DNA of 38,216 nt from a virus (taxonomy: Duplodnaviria > Caudoviricetes): positions 1 through 38,216 of IMG/VR virus record IMGVR_UViG_3300034150_000093. One strand, given 5' to 3'. The notes under the pieces were generated by a model. The model was not told the DNA's origin, did no database searches, and was given only the letters and a program-made list of their open reading frames with translations. Of the stretch, positions 1 to 9,878 are shown one piece after another (the stretch's first letter is position 1; every line of letters begins with the position of its first letter). The position numbers and the translations under genes are program-made.

Positions 1-717
1 ATTGTATATGCCATCCCTGGACTTGACATCCCGAACCGTGACCAAAGTTCCGTCTTCCCCATCACGTAAAATGACCACCGGATTCGCGCCCAAGGAAGGT
101 CCGATGACGTACGGGTTCGTGTAAACAGTGAAACCGCCCGTCCGGTTCGGCTGCCAGATCAGAGAAGCACCCTGAGCCAACTGATCCAACGCCTGGCCAG
201 GATCTTCCTCCCACACCAGACCTCCACCGATTGTTCCGGCACTCGCGTTGGAAGTGTCGACCCCCCACGTCGAATCTATCGACTGAATGATTCTTGTCAT
301 CTCCGCGCGTGCCAGAGTTCCCGCGGGACCGGCGGCCCAAGGGACTTCGAAAGATGCTCGGATAGCTTCCGCTCCACGAGACAGGAGGGCGCATTCAACG
401 CGTCCTTCTTCATCCGCTTCCCGGGCATCGACTCGCCCAGTGAAAATCGGCACCTGGAACCAGCCTTTGATACCGGTAGAGATGACCACTTGATCACTGA
501 GAGGGTTCAGTAAACCTTCGTCGATGATGTTCTGGTCGACTACCAGAAAACCATCACGACCTCCCTGGGTGGAAAAGGTCGCGTTAACACCGACGGTTAC
601 CTGATGTTCGTTCAAAGTTCCGAGATTGACGCCACCGCGCAAAACGGTGACGGTCGCTGACATTTCATGCGATCCGAGCAACGCGACTTTCTGGGCGTTC
701 GTGACAGGCCAAGCCAT
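1..717 (-). CDS. Minor tail protein (3'-truncated by the window edge)
   Basis: Not in the ORF track. ATG at 717 lies just after the upstream stop and the frame stays open to the window edge (MAWPVTNAQKVALLGSHEMSATVTVLRGG...). It is the second gene after the tape measure. Confidence 0.7.
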   Translation of the reverse strand, partial: MAWPVTNAQKVALLGSHEMSATVTVLRGGVNLGTLNEHQVTVGVNATFSTQGGRDGFLVVDQNIIDEGLLNPLSDQVVISTGIKGWFQVPIFTGRVDAREADEEGRVECALLSRGAEAIRASFEVPWAAGPAGTLARAEMTRIIQSIDSTWGVDTSNASAGTIGGGLVWEEDPGQALDQLAQGASLIWQPNRTGGFTVYTNPYVIGPSLGANPVVILRDGEDGTLVTVRDVKSRDGIYN

Positions 718-719
718 GA

Positions 720-2219
720 TCAGTATCCCACTCCCTGCGCGACCTGCTGGTAAGTTTCGCCTGATGCCGCAAGGGTGGTGTATGTGGTTCCGAGAACCGA
801 AGCGGCCAAAACCTCATATGTGGCATCCCCGCCTCCGATGCCGTTTCCACCGACCTGATTCTCAGATGTATCCCGTAGCGGGTACGCCAAACGGAACGGA
901 AGAGACCAAGTGCGCGCCGTGATGGTTCCATCGACCCCGATGATCTGATCGTCGGTGTCGAAAACTCCGATCCAGTCGGTGCCGTACGGTCGGCCGAAAT
1001 CGTATACCAAAGGCAGAGACAGTAGCAGAGGGCGGCCTGAACTCAGAATTCCTTCGACAGCGTCTTCGTCGTTGAATGTTTTTGTTACCAGAAGCATCGT
1101 GTCGCCGTACCGTTTGCGGGTCTGCGCCACCACCTGAATTCTTTGAGCGTCGATAATGTCGAACATCCCCGACGAATTCGAGTAATCCCGGCCACGGAAA
1201 CCACCGAAAACGACCTGATCAACGTCTTCTTCGCAGAAGTCGAACAGGTCGCCGGAGAAGTCGATGCGAACATTTCGCGAAGGCTCCAAAGGGTCCCTGA
1301 GCCATCCGTCACCAGCCGAATTCAAAGTGACCGTATTCGAAGTAGCCTCAACGATCAAGGAACAGTTCGATTTCAGTTCATAAAAAATTGGGGTATTGAA
1401 CGGTGCCTCATTGTCGTAGAACGTGGCGATGGCGGTAGGTGCGGCAGCGGAAGGTTCCTCTGTGCTACCTGGACTTCCACGCACCTCGGATCGGACACCG
1501 TCAGCTGTGACACGGTACAAACGGAAAGGGTTCCCGAGAGCGGCCACGAAATTGTCATCGACACACACGACCGGTAAACCGTTCGTGTTGCCGGTTGTCA
1601 GAAACTGCCGGGTTCCCGAACGTGTACCAGTCGTCAAGTCGCCGTCAACACCAGTGACGATCCAGTCAGGTTGGGTGACAGTGGAACGCCACGCACGTGC
1701 CCGCAACGTGGTGCCGCAGCATTGTGCTTCAATGTTCCAGGTGGCACCAGCCGCATGAACCTGACCAAGTGTGACAGCGGCGACCACAGTTGATGTGACA
1801 CCGAGAACAATTTTCCGCAACAACAACGTTGCCACACCGCCGGGAGCCAACGACAGCGTTGCCAAATAAGTGTTCGACGTGTCCGTGAACCGGAACATGA
1901 CCTCTTCGACAATCGGTTGTGTCAAAGCCGCTACCGGAACAGTCACCGTCCGCATCACCTGCATGTCGGCGTCGACAGCCGTGGCGATGTCGGTGTGACG
2001 TGGCACGTTGACGGTTCCGTTCGACACCAGACCCTGGGTGCCGTTCACCGAATAGTCGGCTGCCGCACCACCGGTAACCGTCCACAGTTGCCCGGTTGTC
2101 GCGGTACCCCAGTTCGCTGCCACCACACGGGTGAACAGGTCACGAACCTGGGTTGCTTCAACGTCGATCCGAACAGTTCCGGTCGCGTCGTCGTTGGTAG
2201 CCACCAGGGTTGCCATCAC
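720..2219 (-). CDS. Minor tail / distal-tail-like protein with a beta-rich insert
   Basis: 499 aa, directly downstream of the tape measure with overlapping stop/start; T/V/G-rich N-terminal half. Confidence 0.7.
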   Translation of the reverse strand: MMATLVATNDDATGTVRIDVEATQVRDLFTRVVAANWGTATTGQLWTVTGGAAADYSVNGTQGLVSNGTVNVPRHTDIATAVDADMQVMRTVTVPVAALTQPIVEEVMFRFTDTSNTYLATLSLAPGGVATLLLRKIVLGVTSTVVAAVTLGQVHAAGATWNIEAQCCGTTLRARAWRSTVTQPDWIVTGVDGDLTTGTRSGTRQFLTTGNTNGLPVVCVDDNFVAALGNPFRLYRVTADGVRSEVRGSPGSTEEPSAAAPTAIATFYDNEAPFNTPIFYELKSNCSLIVEATSNTVTLNSAGDGWLRDPLEPSRNVRIDFSGDLFDFCEEDVDQVVFGGFRGRDYSNSSGMFDIIDAQRIQVVAQTRKRYGDTMLLVTKTFNDEDAVEGILSSGRPLLLSLPLVYDFGRPYGTDWIGVFDTDDQIIGVDGTITARTWSLPFRLAYPLRDTSENQVGGNGIGGGDATYEVLAASVLGTTYTTLAASGETYQQVAQGVGY

Positions 2220-4168
2220 ACCATCCTCGGTCCTTGAGTCATTGTTCGTGCCGCCTGCTTGTTGACACCTTGAGCAACCCGGAACATACGTGCGTTCAGC
2301 TGCTCATTGCCGATGTACACGGCCACATTGGAACCGCCCATCATCCCCGCCAAAGGTGTCTGCGACAGCAACTTCATCGACCTTGCCGGGTTCGTCAACG
2401 GTAGCACCACCTCCTCCTTGTAGCCTTCACCGACACCGATGATCTGCGGGGAAGAGATGAAACCGCCATCGGCGTAGTGGGGGATGTTGACCGGTTGACC
2501 TGGTGCCCGAACTTTGATCGGAGTTCCGTTCAAGTTGATGAGCGCGTTCCTCGCCAAAATCAGGGCATGTTCGGCGGCATTCGCAGAACCTGCCAGGTTG
2601 TTCAGCTTCGGAGCAGTCGGTGGAATCCCGTTGATCGTGATCAGCAAACCGAAAATGCGGTCAAAGTCGGCGATGTTACCGCCGCGTGCTTTATGTTCCG
2701 CCCGGATACGTTTGATTTCCTTGTTGTAGAAAGTTTGCGCCTGCTCTTCCGTCAACTGGCCAAGCTTCAAACGGTCCTTTGTGTAATCACCCAACTTGTT
2801 GATCTCGTTCTGGATACCGGTGACAAGATCTCGCCCCTTCTCTCCACGAACATCCAACGTCGCAGACTTGTTGTCCTTGTAAACCTGGGTGACCCGGTCA
2901 ATGGACTCTTCGTAGTCGACGTTCGCGGAAATGATGTCGTTGATCAGCTTGTCCTGATCCGACAGCTGCCTGTTCAGTTCCTTGAGAGCTTTCTCCTGAT
3001 TCTTCGTCGCGGCGACAGAACCGCCCAGCGCACCACTGAAATTGTCGAAGTCGCGGACAATCCTGCGCCCCGTCTGCTCCTCATCGAATTCGTGGAAGGC
3101 CGCGAAAATGTTGTCGAAAGTGAAGTCCTCATTCAAAAGCAGAAAACCGGTGAAAGCCGCGCTCAGGTCGAACAAAGCATTCGTGGTATCCCTGACCGCG
3201 TCCAAGACCGGACGCAGAGCCATCCAGGCGTCAATGGACCAGTTGATGAATTCGCCACCGATGTCAACGATGTCGACGAGCGTGTCGAAAAGGTCAGACA
3301 ACGCGATGTCGGCATCCGGGTTTGACAGGATCTCGTCGAAAACATCACCGATCGCCACACCCAGATCGGTGAGTCCGTTGATCAGGGCGAACGTGAAACC
3401 TTCAAAGTCCAAACTTTCCAAGCCGTTGTTCAAACCGGTCAGGACACCTTCGACAAAGTTTATGGTCCCCTCTGTCAGCGGTTCCACAAACTTTGATGTC
3501 GTGTCGAAAATGGACTTGATCGTCGGGAGAATGGACTCCATCCGAAGTTCGATCTCGTCGAGACTGTCAAGAACCACGGGAAGGAAAGCCGACGCGGACG
3601 TGACGAGATCGTCACGCAGATTGTTGAGGAAAGGTGTCCAGCGGTCACGGACCTCATCAAACTGTGTCGACAAAGCTACACCGAGACCTGCGACGCCAAG
3701 GATTGTCGCAGCGGCGAAAGCACCTCCGATGAACGCCCCCGCAGGGACGACAAGCCCGAGAAGGCTTACGCCGATGGCAGCTTTCAACTCGGCGGGCAAA
3801 GCCGAGAAACCGTCTTCGAAGACGGAGACAACACTTCCTAACCAACGTTTGAGGCCGGACGAGAAAGACTGATTCTCTTCGCCCATTCCGTCGCTGAAAC
3901 TTTTACGGAACTTTTTGCTCGCTGACTTGCCGCCGCCAACGCCGACCCGGTCCAATTCTTTTTGAAGATCATCGGCAAGGGCTTTCGTCGACTCTTTGAA
4001 ACCTTCCGACGTGCCTTTGCCGACATTCGACCCGAGCCGCTTACCCAAATCCTGGCTCAGCGTCTTCTCGAACTTGTTCGTCAAAGCCTTCAGCTGAGCG
4101 TCGAGATCTTTGTTGAACCCTTTCAGGTCAGCGCGGACCTGAACATACGCTTCACCGAGCTTCGACAT
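2216..4168 (-). CDS. Tape measure protein
   Basis: N-terminal LGEAYVQVRAD, helical/hydrophobic middle, C-terminal YADGG...GEG..E.VLPL motif typical of tape measures; follows the chaperone pair. Confidence 0.9.
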   Translation of the reverse strand: MSKLGEAYVQVRADLKGFNKDLDAQLKALTNKFEKTLSQDLGKRLGSNVGKGTSEGFKESTKALADDLQKELDRVGVGGGKSASKKFRKSFSDGMGEENQSFSSGLKRWLGSVVSVFEDGFSALPAELKAAIGVSLLGLVVPAGAFIGGAFAAATILGVAGLGVALSTQFDEVRDRWTPFLNNLRDDLVTSASAFLPVVLDSLDEIELRMESILPTIKSIFDTTSKFVEPLTEGTINFVEGVLTGLNNGLESLDFEGFTFALINGLTDLGVAIGDVFDEILSNPDADIALSDLFDTLVDIVDIGGEFINWSIDAWMALRPVLDAVRDTTNALFDLSAAFTGFLLLNEDFTFDNIFAAFHEFDEEQTGRRIVRDFDNFSGALGGSVAATKNQEKALKELNRQLSDQDKLINDIISANVDYEESIDRVTQVYKDNKSATLDVRGEKGRDLVTGIQNEINKLGDYTKDRLKLGQLTEEQAQTFYNKEIKRIRAEHKARGGNIADFDRIFGLLITINGIPPTAPKLNNLAGSANAAEHALILARNALINLNGTPIKVRAPGQPVNIPHYADGGFISSPQIIGVGEGYKEEVVLPLTNPARSMKLLSQTPLAGMMGGSNVAVYIGNEQLNARMFRVAQGVNKQAARTMTQGPRMV

Positions 4169-4174
4169 ACCATC

Positions 4175-4180
4175 ATCATA
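4175..4180 (-). promoter_or_regulatory. -10 box TATGAT, 6 nt before the tape measure ATG (leaderless promoter)
   Basis: Minus strand reads tcaacTATGATgatggtATG; no Shine-Dalgarno. Confidence 0.65.
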
Positions 4181-4196
4181 GTTGATGAAGTTCGGG

Positions 4197-4712
4197 CTAC
4201 AGTCTCGCGAACGCTTCCAGTGCCGCCCGGTTCGACATAGACGATGCGGCTACACCGATATTTTTCGGTGGAAGCGACAGTCTTGCCTGGAAAGTGTTGC
4301 GTTCTTTCTCTTCCAAATGTTCGGACACGAACGTGTAAGCGGCATCCAGCCAGTCTGGCAACGTTTCCGTGGCCGCCCGGACTCCTTCACGGACAAGTCG
4401 ACCGTTGAGACTTGTCCAAGACCCGACAGCTTCGTTGATCATGTTGTGTGCCCACCACCATTCACGGCGTGCCGCACGACTTAAAGCTACTCGGGCCACA
4501 TTCGCGCATCGAAGTTCGGCATCCTCATGATCCTGCCACGCTTTCCACATGTCCCAACCGTCTTTATGGGAGATCATGCCGGGGAAGACAAGAGGAAAAG
4601 TGTTGTCTTCCCCGGCGCAGGCGTTGATCCATTCCAAAGCGTTGCGTCCAGGAAGAATCCAGGCACGACCTACAGCACGTACTCGAACATTACCGAATTG
4701 TCCGCTTGGCAT
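4197..4712 (-). CDS. Tail assembly chaperone, second ORF
   Basis: Lies immediately before the tape measure; ATG at 4712 preceded by AAGGAAGG. Confidence 0.6.
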   Translation of the reverse strand: MPSGQFGNVRVRAVGRAWILPGRNALEWINACAGEDNTFPLVFPGMISHKDGWDMWKAWQDHEDAELRCANVARVALSRAARREWWWAHNMINEAVGSWTSLNGRLVREGVRAATETLPDWLDAAYTFVSEHLEEKERNTFQARLSLPPKNIGVAASSMSNRAALEAFARL

Positions 4713-5178
4713 TGGCGACCTTCCTTGCGGCAACCTTCCTCGGTGCTTTCTTCTGCGGCACCACGGAAACCGGTGTCGCGTCATCGTCAGGTTCAGGGGA
4801 ATTGCCGAACAGGACATCGGAAATTTCGATCAGGTCCGTGTCGCCGACGAGGAGGGCGTTCGCGACATAAGACCTGTCGGACTCGTCGATGATCAAAGAT
4901 TCGACAAGCGCCAGGATAGCCATGTCAACATTGAACACTTGGTGGCTGGCCCGCTCATACCTGACCTTCTCATCCAAGCTCTTATCCTGCTGCAACCGCC
5001 GAAGTTCACGACTTACAGAATCCCGGACCCTCGACAAAGCCACCAACTGACCACGCGCGGGAGCTTTGAAACCTACCCGAAGGCCGCCGATGACATGAGT
5101 GTGAGCAGGCTGGACGGTGTCGACGACAACGACTTCTTCGTCGAACTCCACACCTTCTTCGTCGAACTCTTCGTTCAT
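4690..5178 (-). CDS. Tail assembly chaperone (putative)
   Basis: 162 aa; synteny two genes upstream of the tape measure. Confidence 0.55.
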   Translation of the reverse strand: MNEEFDEEGVEFDEEVVVVDTVQPAHTHVIGGLRVGFKAPARGQLVALSRVRDSVSRELRRLQQDKSLDEKVRYERASHQVFNVDMAILALVESLIIDESDRSYVANALLVGDTDLIEISDVLFGNSPEPDDDATPVSVVPQKKAPRKVAARKVANAKRTIR

Positions 5179-5669
5179 GGTTTCCCCCGTGAAATAGTGA
5201 CTTTGAAGTTTTGTTTCCTACCCAGCTGTGTCAACGGAACAGTCATGAAACCGTTTCGTTTCCGCAAGCCAGGATGTTTCACCTTTTTGAAAAAGAACAA
5301 ACCTTTACTGTTCGCGTACCGCGACAGTCTCGGCGACGCCAAACCTTTCTCCCAACGAAACACCAGAAACGGTTTCGTTTTCGGAACAATTCGGTGAGCT
5401 TTCGACCCCAACGCGTTTGTAGCCGCCCAGTTGGCGGTGTTGCGTATGGTACCCACCACCTCCGTTGAAGTGTTCACCACCGACGTGGTGAACGAGTTCT
5501 TCAACTTCGGTTCGGTGACACGACGACCTGAGCCGTGCAAATGGTTTCCGTCAGGTGCCAGGGTTTTCATTTCCCGAAGACTCGACCTCATCAGCTGCCG
5601 AACTTCCGACAACCCTTTCGCCCGTGCCACCTTCAGGCAGGCTACCTGATCCAAGTTTACTCTTGCCAC
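5175..5669 (-). CDS. Neck / tail-completion protein (HK97 gp10-like)
   Basis: Basic 164 aa protein with G-AH-I-PK...L.F.W...VKHPG pattern; synteny. Confidence 0.6.
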   Translation of the reverse strand: MARVNLDQVACLKVARAKGLSEVRQLMRSSLREMKTLAPDGNHLHGSGRRVTEPKLKNSFTTSVVNTSTEVVGTIRNTANWAATNALGSKAHRIVPKTKPFLVFRWEKGLASPRLSRYANSKGLFFFKKVKHPGLRKRNGFMTVPLTQLGRKQNFKVTISRGKP

Positions 5670-5868
5670 GGCTCACAACTTTCCGCACGACCATAGGAAC
5701 GTCAACACGACCACCGGAACCAGAATCGTCCACATCAGAAACCTCCACAGTAGTTGGAACAACTACTCGAACATACCCGGTACGCAGCAGCGGCGAATCC
5801 CCCGAAAGGAGGACACGCTGACCGGTCCTCAGGTTTCCGACACTTGCGACAACAACAACCTCGATCAT
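5551..5868 (-). CDS. Small hypothetical virion-module protein
   Basis: ATG at 5868 fills the gap after the 5883 stop, but the ORF overlaps the next gene by 119 nt. Confidence 0.4.
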   Translation of the reverse strand: MIEVVVVASVGNLRTGQRVLLSGDSPLLRTGYVRVVVPTTVEVSDVDDSGSGGRVDVPMVVRKVVSRGKSKLGSGSLPEGGTGERVVGSSAADEVESSGNENPGT

Positions 5869-5882
5869 GGTCGGTTCTTCTT

Positions 5883-6413
5883 TCAGCAGCAGCGGGGAAC
5901 ATGGACCTGAATGAGTCCAGTTGTCTGAATACAATTAGAATGTGGCCCGACCGGTGAAATGCTGATCACCTGATACAGGCGACCTTTCGGCAAAGTCTTC
6001 TCCCAGCAGCATATCGCGTTCTTCAACCGCACCATGTCCTCGGCATAATTGGTGGCAGCGGTCGTATGCTGCGCCGGGGTGGCCATCTCTGGCATTCCAC
6101 CAGGAACATAGCAGCGCAGAATACCGACTTCCAACTCTTGCGCCCAACCCGTAGGAAGACAACCGTTGCGCTTCAAAGCCGCATCGGGTTCCGGAAAATT
6201 CGACGAAGGATACGTGGAACCCATACGAACCCAGCCGAGTCCTTCGCAACACAGATCACGGCCGACGATAGGGTCGATATCTTCACTGATCGCCTCACCT
6301 GCACGAAGTGCGAAGTTCTTCGGCTTACCAGACACGCCGACGAATTCAGCTTCCAAGCAGGCCAAAAGACTGTTCGCCATCGTCAAAGCGGGATTCACTG
6401 ACATTACGGCCAC
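5883..6413 (-). CDS. Tail terminator-like protein
   Basis: 176 aa, Cys-rich, LEVGILRC motif; follows the adaptor. Confidence 0.55.
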   Translation of the reverse strand: MAVMSVNPALTMANSLLACLEAEFVGVSGKPKNFALRAGEAISEDIDPIVGRDLCCEGLGWVRMGSTYPSSNFPEPDAALKRNGCLPTGWAQELEVGILRCYVPGGMPEMATPAQHTTAATNYAEDMVRLKNAICCWEKTLPKGRLYQVISISPVGPHSNCIQTTGLIQVHVPRCC

Positions 6414-7192
6414 GTGACCATTCGGGGGTAGGAGATTTCGGGGGCGAACACTCTCAAAGGTGCTTTCAAACTGTTCGGGTTGTAAGCGGTGATGAGCATG
6501 TCCACCTCTTTCAAACCAGTCAAACCACGGGTGATCAACTCAACCGGGTTCACGAACTGGAAATCGGTGCCCTGCCTGGACATCGCCACCACCCACGACG
6601 ATAGACGGCACGACGAATCACCGGAACACGACTTCACCCATTCGCACGCCAACTTCGACGCGGCAACCAGCAAAGCGTCAGGAACAGGACGCCCACGAGT
6701 ATAGGTGACTTCGAAACCTTCACCTGGAACAGCGTTCATATCCGGGCACTCAGGCCAGCATTCGGTGGTGTCGGTTCGGACCAGCCACTGCTGATCCAAC
6801 ACGAAATAGGTGTCCGGATCGACAACGACACCATCGATCGTCACTTCGACAATCGAATTGACCGGACCATCCAAGCGAACAGCACAGTCCGGGATACACG
6901 AACACATGCCAGAACATCCGCAGACCGCGTTGTACCACAAACCGTTCAGAATGTACGGCTGCCACACGCTGCCGCCCCACGACCAACCCAACCATTCGAT
7001 ACCGGTGTCGCATCTCTTCCAACCGCAAGGACGGACGGTGATAGGACACAAACCAAACTGGCGACCAGTAGCCGCCCACAAAAATGTGGAAGCGAAATCC
7101 TGGGCGGCCACCTTCATCGCCGGATTCGCGGCATCCCAGCATTCCCGGCAACATACCGGTTCCGGCAACGTCCACGGGCAGTTCAAAGCCAT
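6404..7192 (-). CDS. Head-to-tail adaptor
   Basis: LWAATGRQFGLC..TVRPC, VTYTRG..VP, SRQG and TGL.EVD..I...NP motifs of actinophage adaptors; GGAGG RBS. Confidence 0.75.
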   Translation of the reverse strand: MALNCPWTLPEPVCCRECWDAANPAMKVAAQDFASTFLWAATGRQFGLCPITVRPCGWKRCDTGIEWLGWSWGGSVWQPYILNGLWYNAVCGCSGMCSCIPDCAVRLDGPVNSIVEVTIDGVVVDPDTYFVLDQQWLVRTDTTECWPECPDMNAVPGEGFEVTYTRGRPVPDALLVAASKLACEWVKSCSGDSSCRLSSWVVAMSRQGTDFQFVNPVELITRGLTGLKEVDMLITAYNPNSLKAPLRVFAPEISYPRMVTWP

Positions 7193-7244
7193 CAGTGCAC
7201 CTCCGTTGTCATCAGCATAGTCGATGATGTACTACGATCATCTC

Positions 7245-8849
7245 ATGGCTCTGGTGACAACGACAGTGAATGGCGAAATTCTCGCCCCGGTAACGAACGT
7301 TCCGGCAGTCGGCACTGTCACGTTCAAGATCCTCACAGAACTTCGCGACACGGTAACCAACATCGTCTACTCCCCGCAGACGTTCACGGCCACCCTCGAC
7401 CTGCTCGGACAGTTCAGCATTGTTTTGCCATACACCGACAACGCCGACATCACCCCCGTCGACTGGACGTACTGGGTGTACGTCGACACCGACGTGTGGA
7501 CCGAACTGTTCTACATCAGCTTGCCGACCACTTTGGGTGACCCCGTCGACTTCGCCGACTTGACACCGATCAGTTCAGGAGACGGCTCGGACTGCACCCC
7601 CGATGGGACAGCTTGCGCACCCATTTCGGTCGTCGGCCAGATCGCCGCCTTGCAAGCCGAACTTGACTCGTTGGAACTGATTGTTGCCGCGCTTCAAGTT
7701 GATGTTGCCGCGAACACCGCCGACATCATCATCATCCAAGGCCAGATCGTTGTCATCCAAGGCCAGATAGCAGCTTTGCAGGCAGCTGATATCGCACTCG
7801 ACCTGGCGAAAGTCAACCGGTCCGGCGACACCATGACCGGTGACCTGATCATCAACGCCGACCTGACCGTTACAGGCATCACCACCACCTCGTATGCCGG
7901 GATCACCGGCGACATCACCGAAATGATGTCAACAGCCTTAGGAACCGGAGTCATCTCCGGTGGTGTGCTGTCCATCAACGTCAACCCGACCCTGATCGAC
8001 ATCAGCGCCATGGTCGGCTACATCGTCGACTACAACTCATCCGCGCCGATCACACCTACCAATCCGAGCTTGGTCAAGGTCAGCACACCCGCTCAGGTCG
8101 GTTTGGCGTTGACCGGACCGCCGACACAGTTGGCGACGTGGTGGCTCGTCGACTCGGCTGGCACATTCATTCAGCAGGCGTTCGGGCCGACAAACATTCA
8201 AAACCGGACACACATCGTTCTCGGTGCGACACCACGGGTCGGTGGTGTCATCATCGTCGCCCAGTCGATCCCGACCGTCCTGTCGCAAATCCCGAATCAG
8301 CTCGTCGACCTGATGCAAGGACTTGGTCCGTTCTCGACGACAGGTAACATCCTGTCCGCGAACGGGGCAAACTTGACGGTCAACAAAACGGCCGGAACGT
8401 TGTTCATCCGAGCTTTCAGTCAGATATCCGCCTACCAGAATCCGAACGCGTCTACCCTCCCGGCGCAGATCCCTTGTACGTTTAGGCGCGCCACCGCCAC
8501 CACCGTTCTTGCCCCACTGCAAACGACCATCGATGTCGGCAACTACGATCCGGCTGGGTTAGGTGTTGTCACCCCAGTCGGTGGTGGAGCGAACACGTCA
8601 ACAAACTTCCGAATCTACGGATTCGGCACCGCCGGAATCACCGACCAGATCGCCGTCCAATACGGTCAGAATACTTATTCCAGCCTCGCGAACGCGGTAG
8701 CCGGAATCGGATCTGGCAACTACATTCCCAACCCGGCGTTCGCCGCCGGTGCCCTACTGGGATGGGTGACCGCAACCCGCACGGCGGTTGACCTTTCCAA
8801 CGTCACCCAGGCATTGTTCACCCCTGCCGCCAGATTTGCCGCCCCGTAA
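7245..8849 (+). CDS. Tail fibre / receptor-binding-like protein
   Basis: N-terminal beta domain, heptad coiled coil (IAALQAELDSLE...), GDTMTGDL fibre motif. Start moved to ATG 7245, which is 6 nt after TACGAT. Confidence 0.65.
   Translation: MALVTTTVNGEILAPVTNVPAVGTVTFKILTELRDTVTNIVYSPQTFTATLDLLGQFSIVLPYTDNADITPVDWTYWVYVDTDVWTELFYISLPTTLGDPVDFADLTPISSGDGSDCTPDGTACAPISVVGQIAALQAELDSLELIVAALQVDVAANTADIIIIQGQIVVIQGQIAALQAADIALDLAKVNRSGDTMTGDLIINADLTVTGITTTSYAGITGDITEMMSTALGTGVISGGVLSINVNPTLIDISAMVGYIVDYNSSAPITPTNPSLVKVSTPAQVGLALTGPPTQLATWWLVDSAGTFIQQAFGPTNIQNRTHIVLGATPRVGGVIIVAQSIPTVLSQIPNQLVDLMQGLGPFSTTGNILSANGANLTVNKTAGTLFIRAFSQISAYQNPNASTLPAQIPCTFRRATATTVLAPLQTTIDVGNYDPAGLGVVTPVGGGANTSTNFRIYGFGTAGITDQIAVQYGQNTYSSLANAVAGIGSGNYIPNPAFAAGALLGWVTATRTAVDLSNVTQALFTPAARFAAP
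7822..7853 (+). repeat. 32-bp exact direct repeat, copy 1
   Basis: ccggcgacaccatgaccggtgacctgatcatc, identical to 9157-9188. Confidence 0.95.
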
Positions 8850-8858
8850 GGATTATCG

Positions 8859-9878
8859 ATGGCTATCGAGGAAACCCACATCCACTGGGACGGATCGGCT
8901 GTTTCGACGCTTACTGTCGCAGGTCAAGAACTTGAACTGACAGCTGAAGTCAGCAATGCCGTCATCGTCCACGTCGACCCTATCGGCACCATTCGTGTCC
9001 GGCTCAACGGTTCGATTCTTACCGGACTTGCCATTCCCACGAACGGCTGGGAAGTGATTCCCGGAACCAGTCCGGTGCTGGAAGCGAACTCCGGTGGTTT
9101 CTACACCACCGGCTACATCCGCATCCGTGAAGCAAGCTCGCGTTTTGTGGAAAAAACCGGCGACACCATGACCGGTGACCTGATCATCTCCAACGCCTAC
9201 CTGCGGCAGAACCGAACTGTCGCGGCAGGTGCGGCAATCCCCTCACCGCTGCTTCAGATCGACTTCACGACTATTCCGTTGATCACCGACCCAAATATTT
9301 GGCAGGTTTCTGTCAACGGGTCGGCGGCAAACCTTTCCGGCTGGATCAACGAAGTCGGGCATTATCGGGCCGAGCAGCGCACCAACTACTTGTTCGACCA
9401 CAACATCACGTTGATCGCCAGTTTTGCTGTCGGCACCGGACGGCTGATCAGGTTCGAACGCCGTGATGGCGCGAACGTTCGGCAGATCACCGGCGGAATC
9501 GACCAGGACGGTCGACTTGAAACGTCTCTGTACGCGTTCACGACGATCACGAACATCGACCCAGGTGCTACCGGAAAGTACACAGCAGTTGTCGCCGGTG
9601 GTATCCCCACCATTTCGGTGCGTCGGGAATTCAACGACATCTGCCGGTTGCAGGGACGTATCGCCGTCACAGCGGCCGGAACAGTTTCCGGTGATGTGAT
9701 CATGGTCATTCCGGCGGGTTTCATTCCCAACAAAAACCGGTGGATGTCTGTGACAAGCTCAGGTGGTGCCGCTATTCCGTGTGAGATCATCAACGGTTCC
9801 GGTAATGTTGTCGCCCGCAGAACCCAGGCTGGTGCCGCCAACCTCGCGTTCGACGACTTCACCTACGTCACCAGCTAA
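8859..9878 (+). CDS. Second tail fibre-like protein
   Basis: KTGDTMTGDL motif; C-terminal ...VIPAGFIP... fibre-tip-like domain; AAGGA RBS. Confidence 0.65.
   Translation: MAIEETHIHWDGSAVSTLTVAGQELELTAEVSNAVIVHVDPIGTIRVRLNGSILTGLAIPTNGWEVIPGTSPVLEANSGGFYTTGYIRIREASSRFVEKTGDTMTGDLIISNAYLRQNRTVAAGAAIPSPLLQIDFTTIPLITDPNIWQVSVNGSAANLSGWINEVGHYRAEQRTNYLFDHNITLIASFAVGTGRLIRFERRDGANVRQITGGIDQDGRLETSLYAFTTITNIDPGATGKYTAVVAGGIPTISVRREFNDICRLQGRIAVTAAGTVSGDVIMVIPAGFIPNKNRWMSVTSSGGAAIPCEIINGSGNVVARRTQAGAANLAFDDFTYVTS
9157..9188 (+). repeat. 32-bp exact direct repeat, copy 2
   Basis: Identical to 7822-7853 and in the same codon phase. Confidence 0.95.

Noticed and set aside
4690-4817. Programmed frameshift between the tail assembly chaperones
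   Set aside because: The frames overlap, but I see no XXXYYYZ slippery heptamer, and the second ORF has its own RBS and ATG at 4712.
7201-9878. Invertase-driven invertible fibre segment
   Set aside because: No flanking inverted repeats and no recombinase seen in the window.
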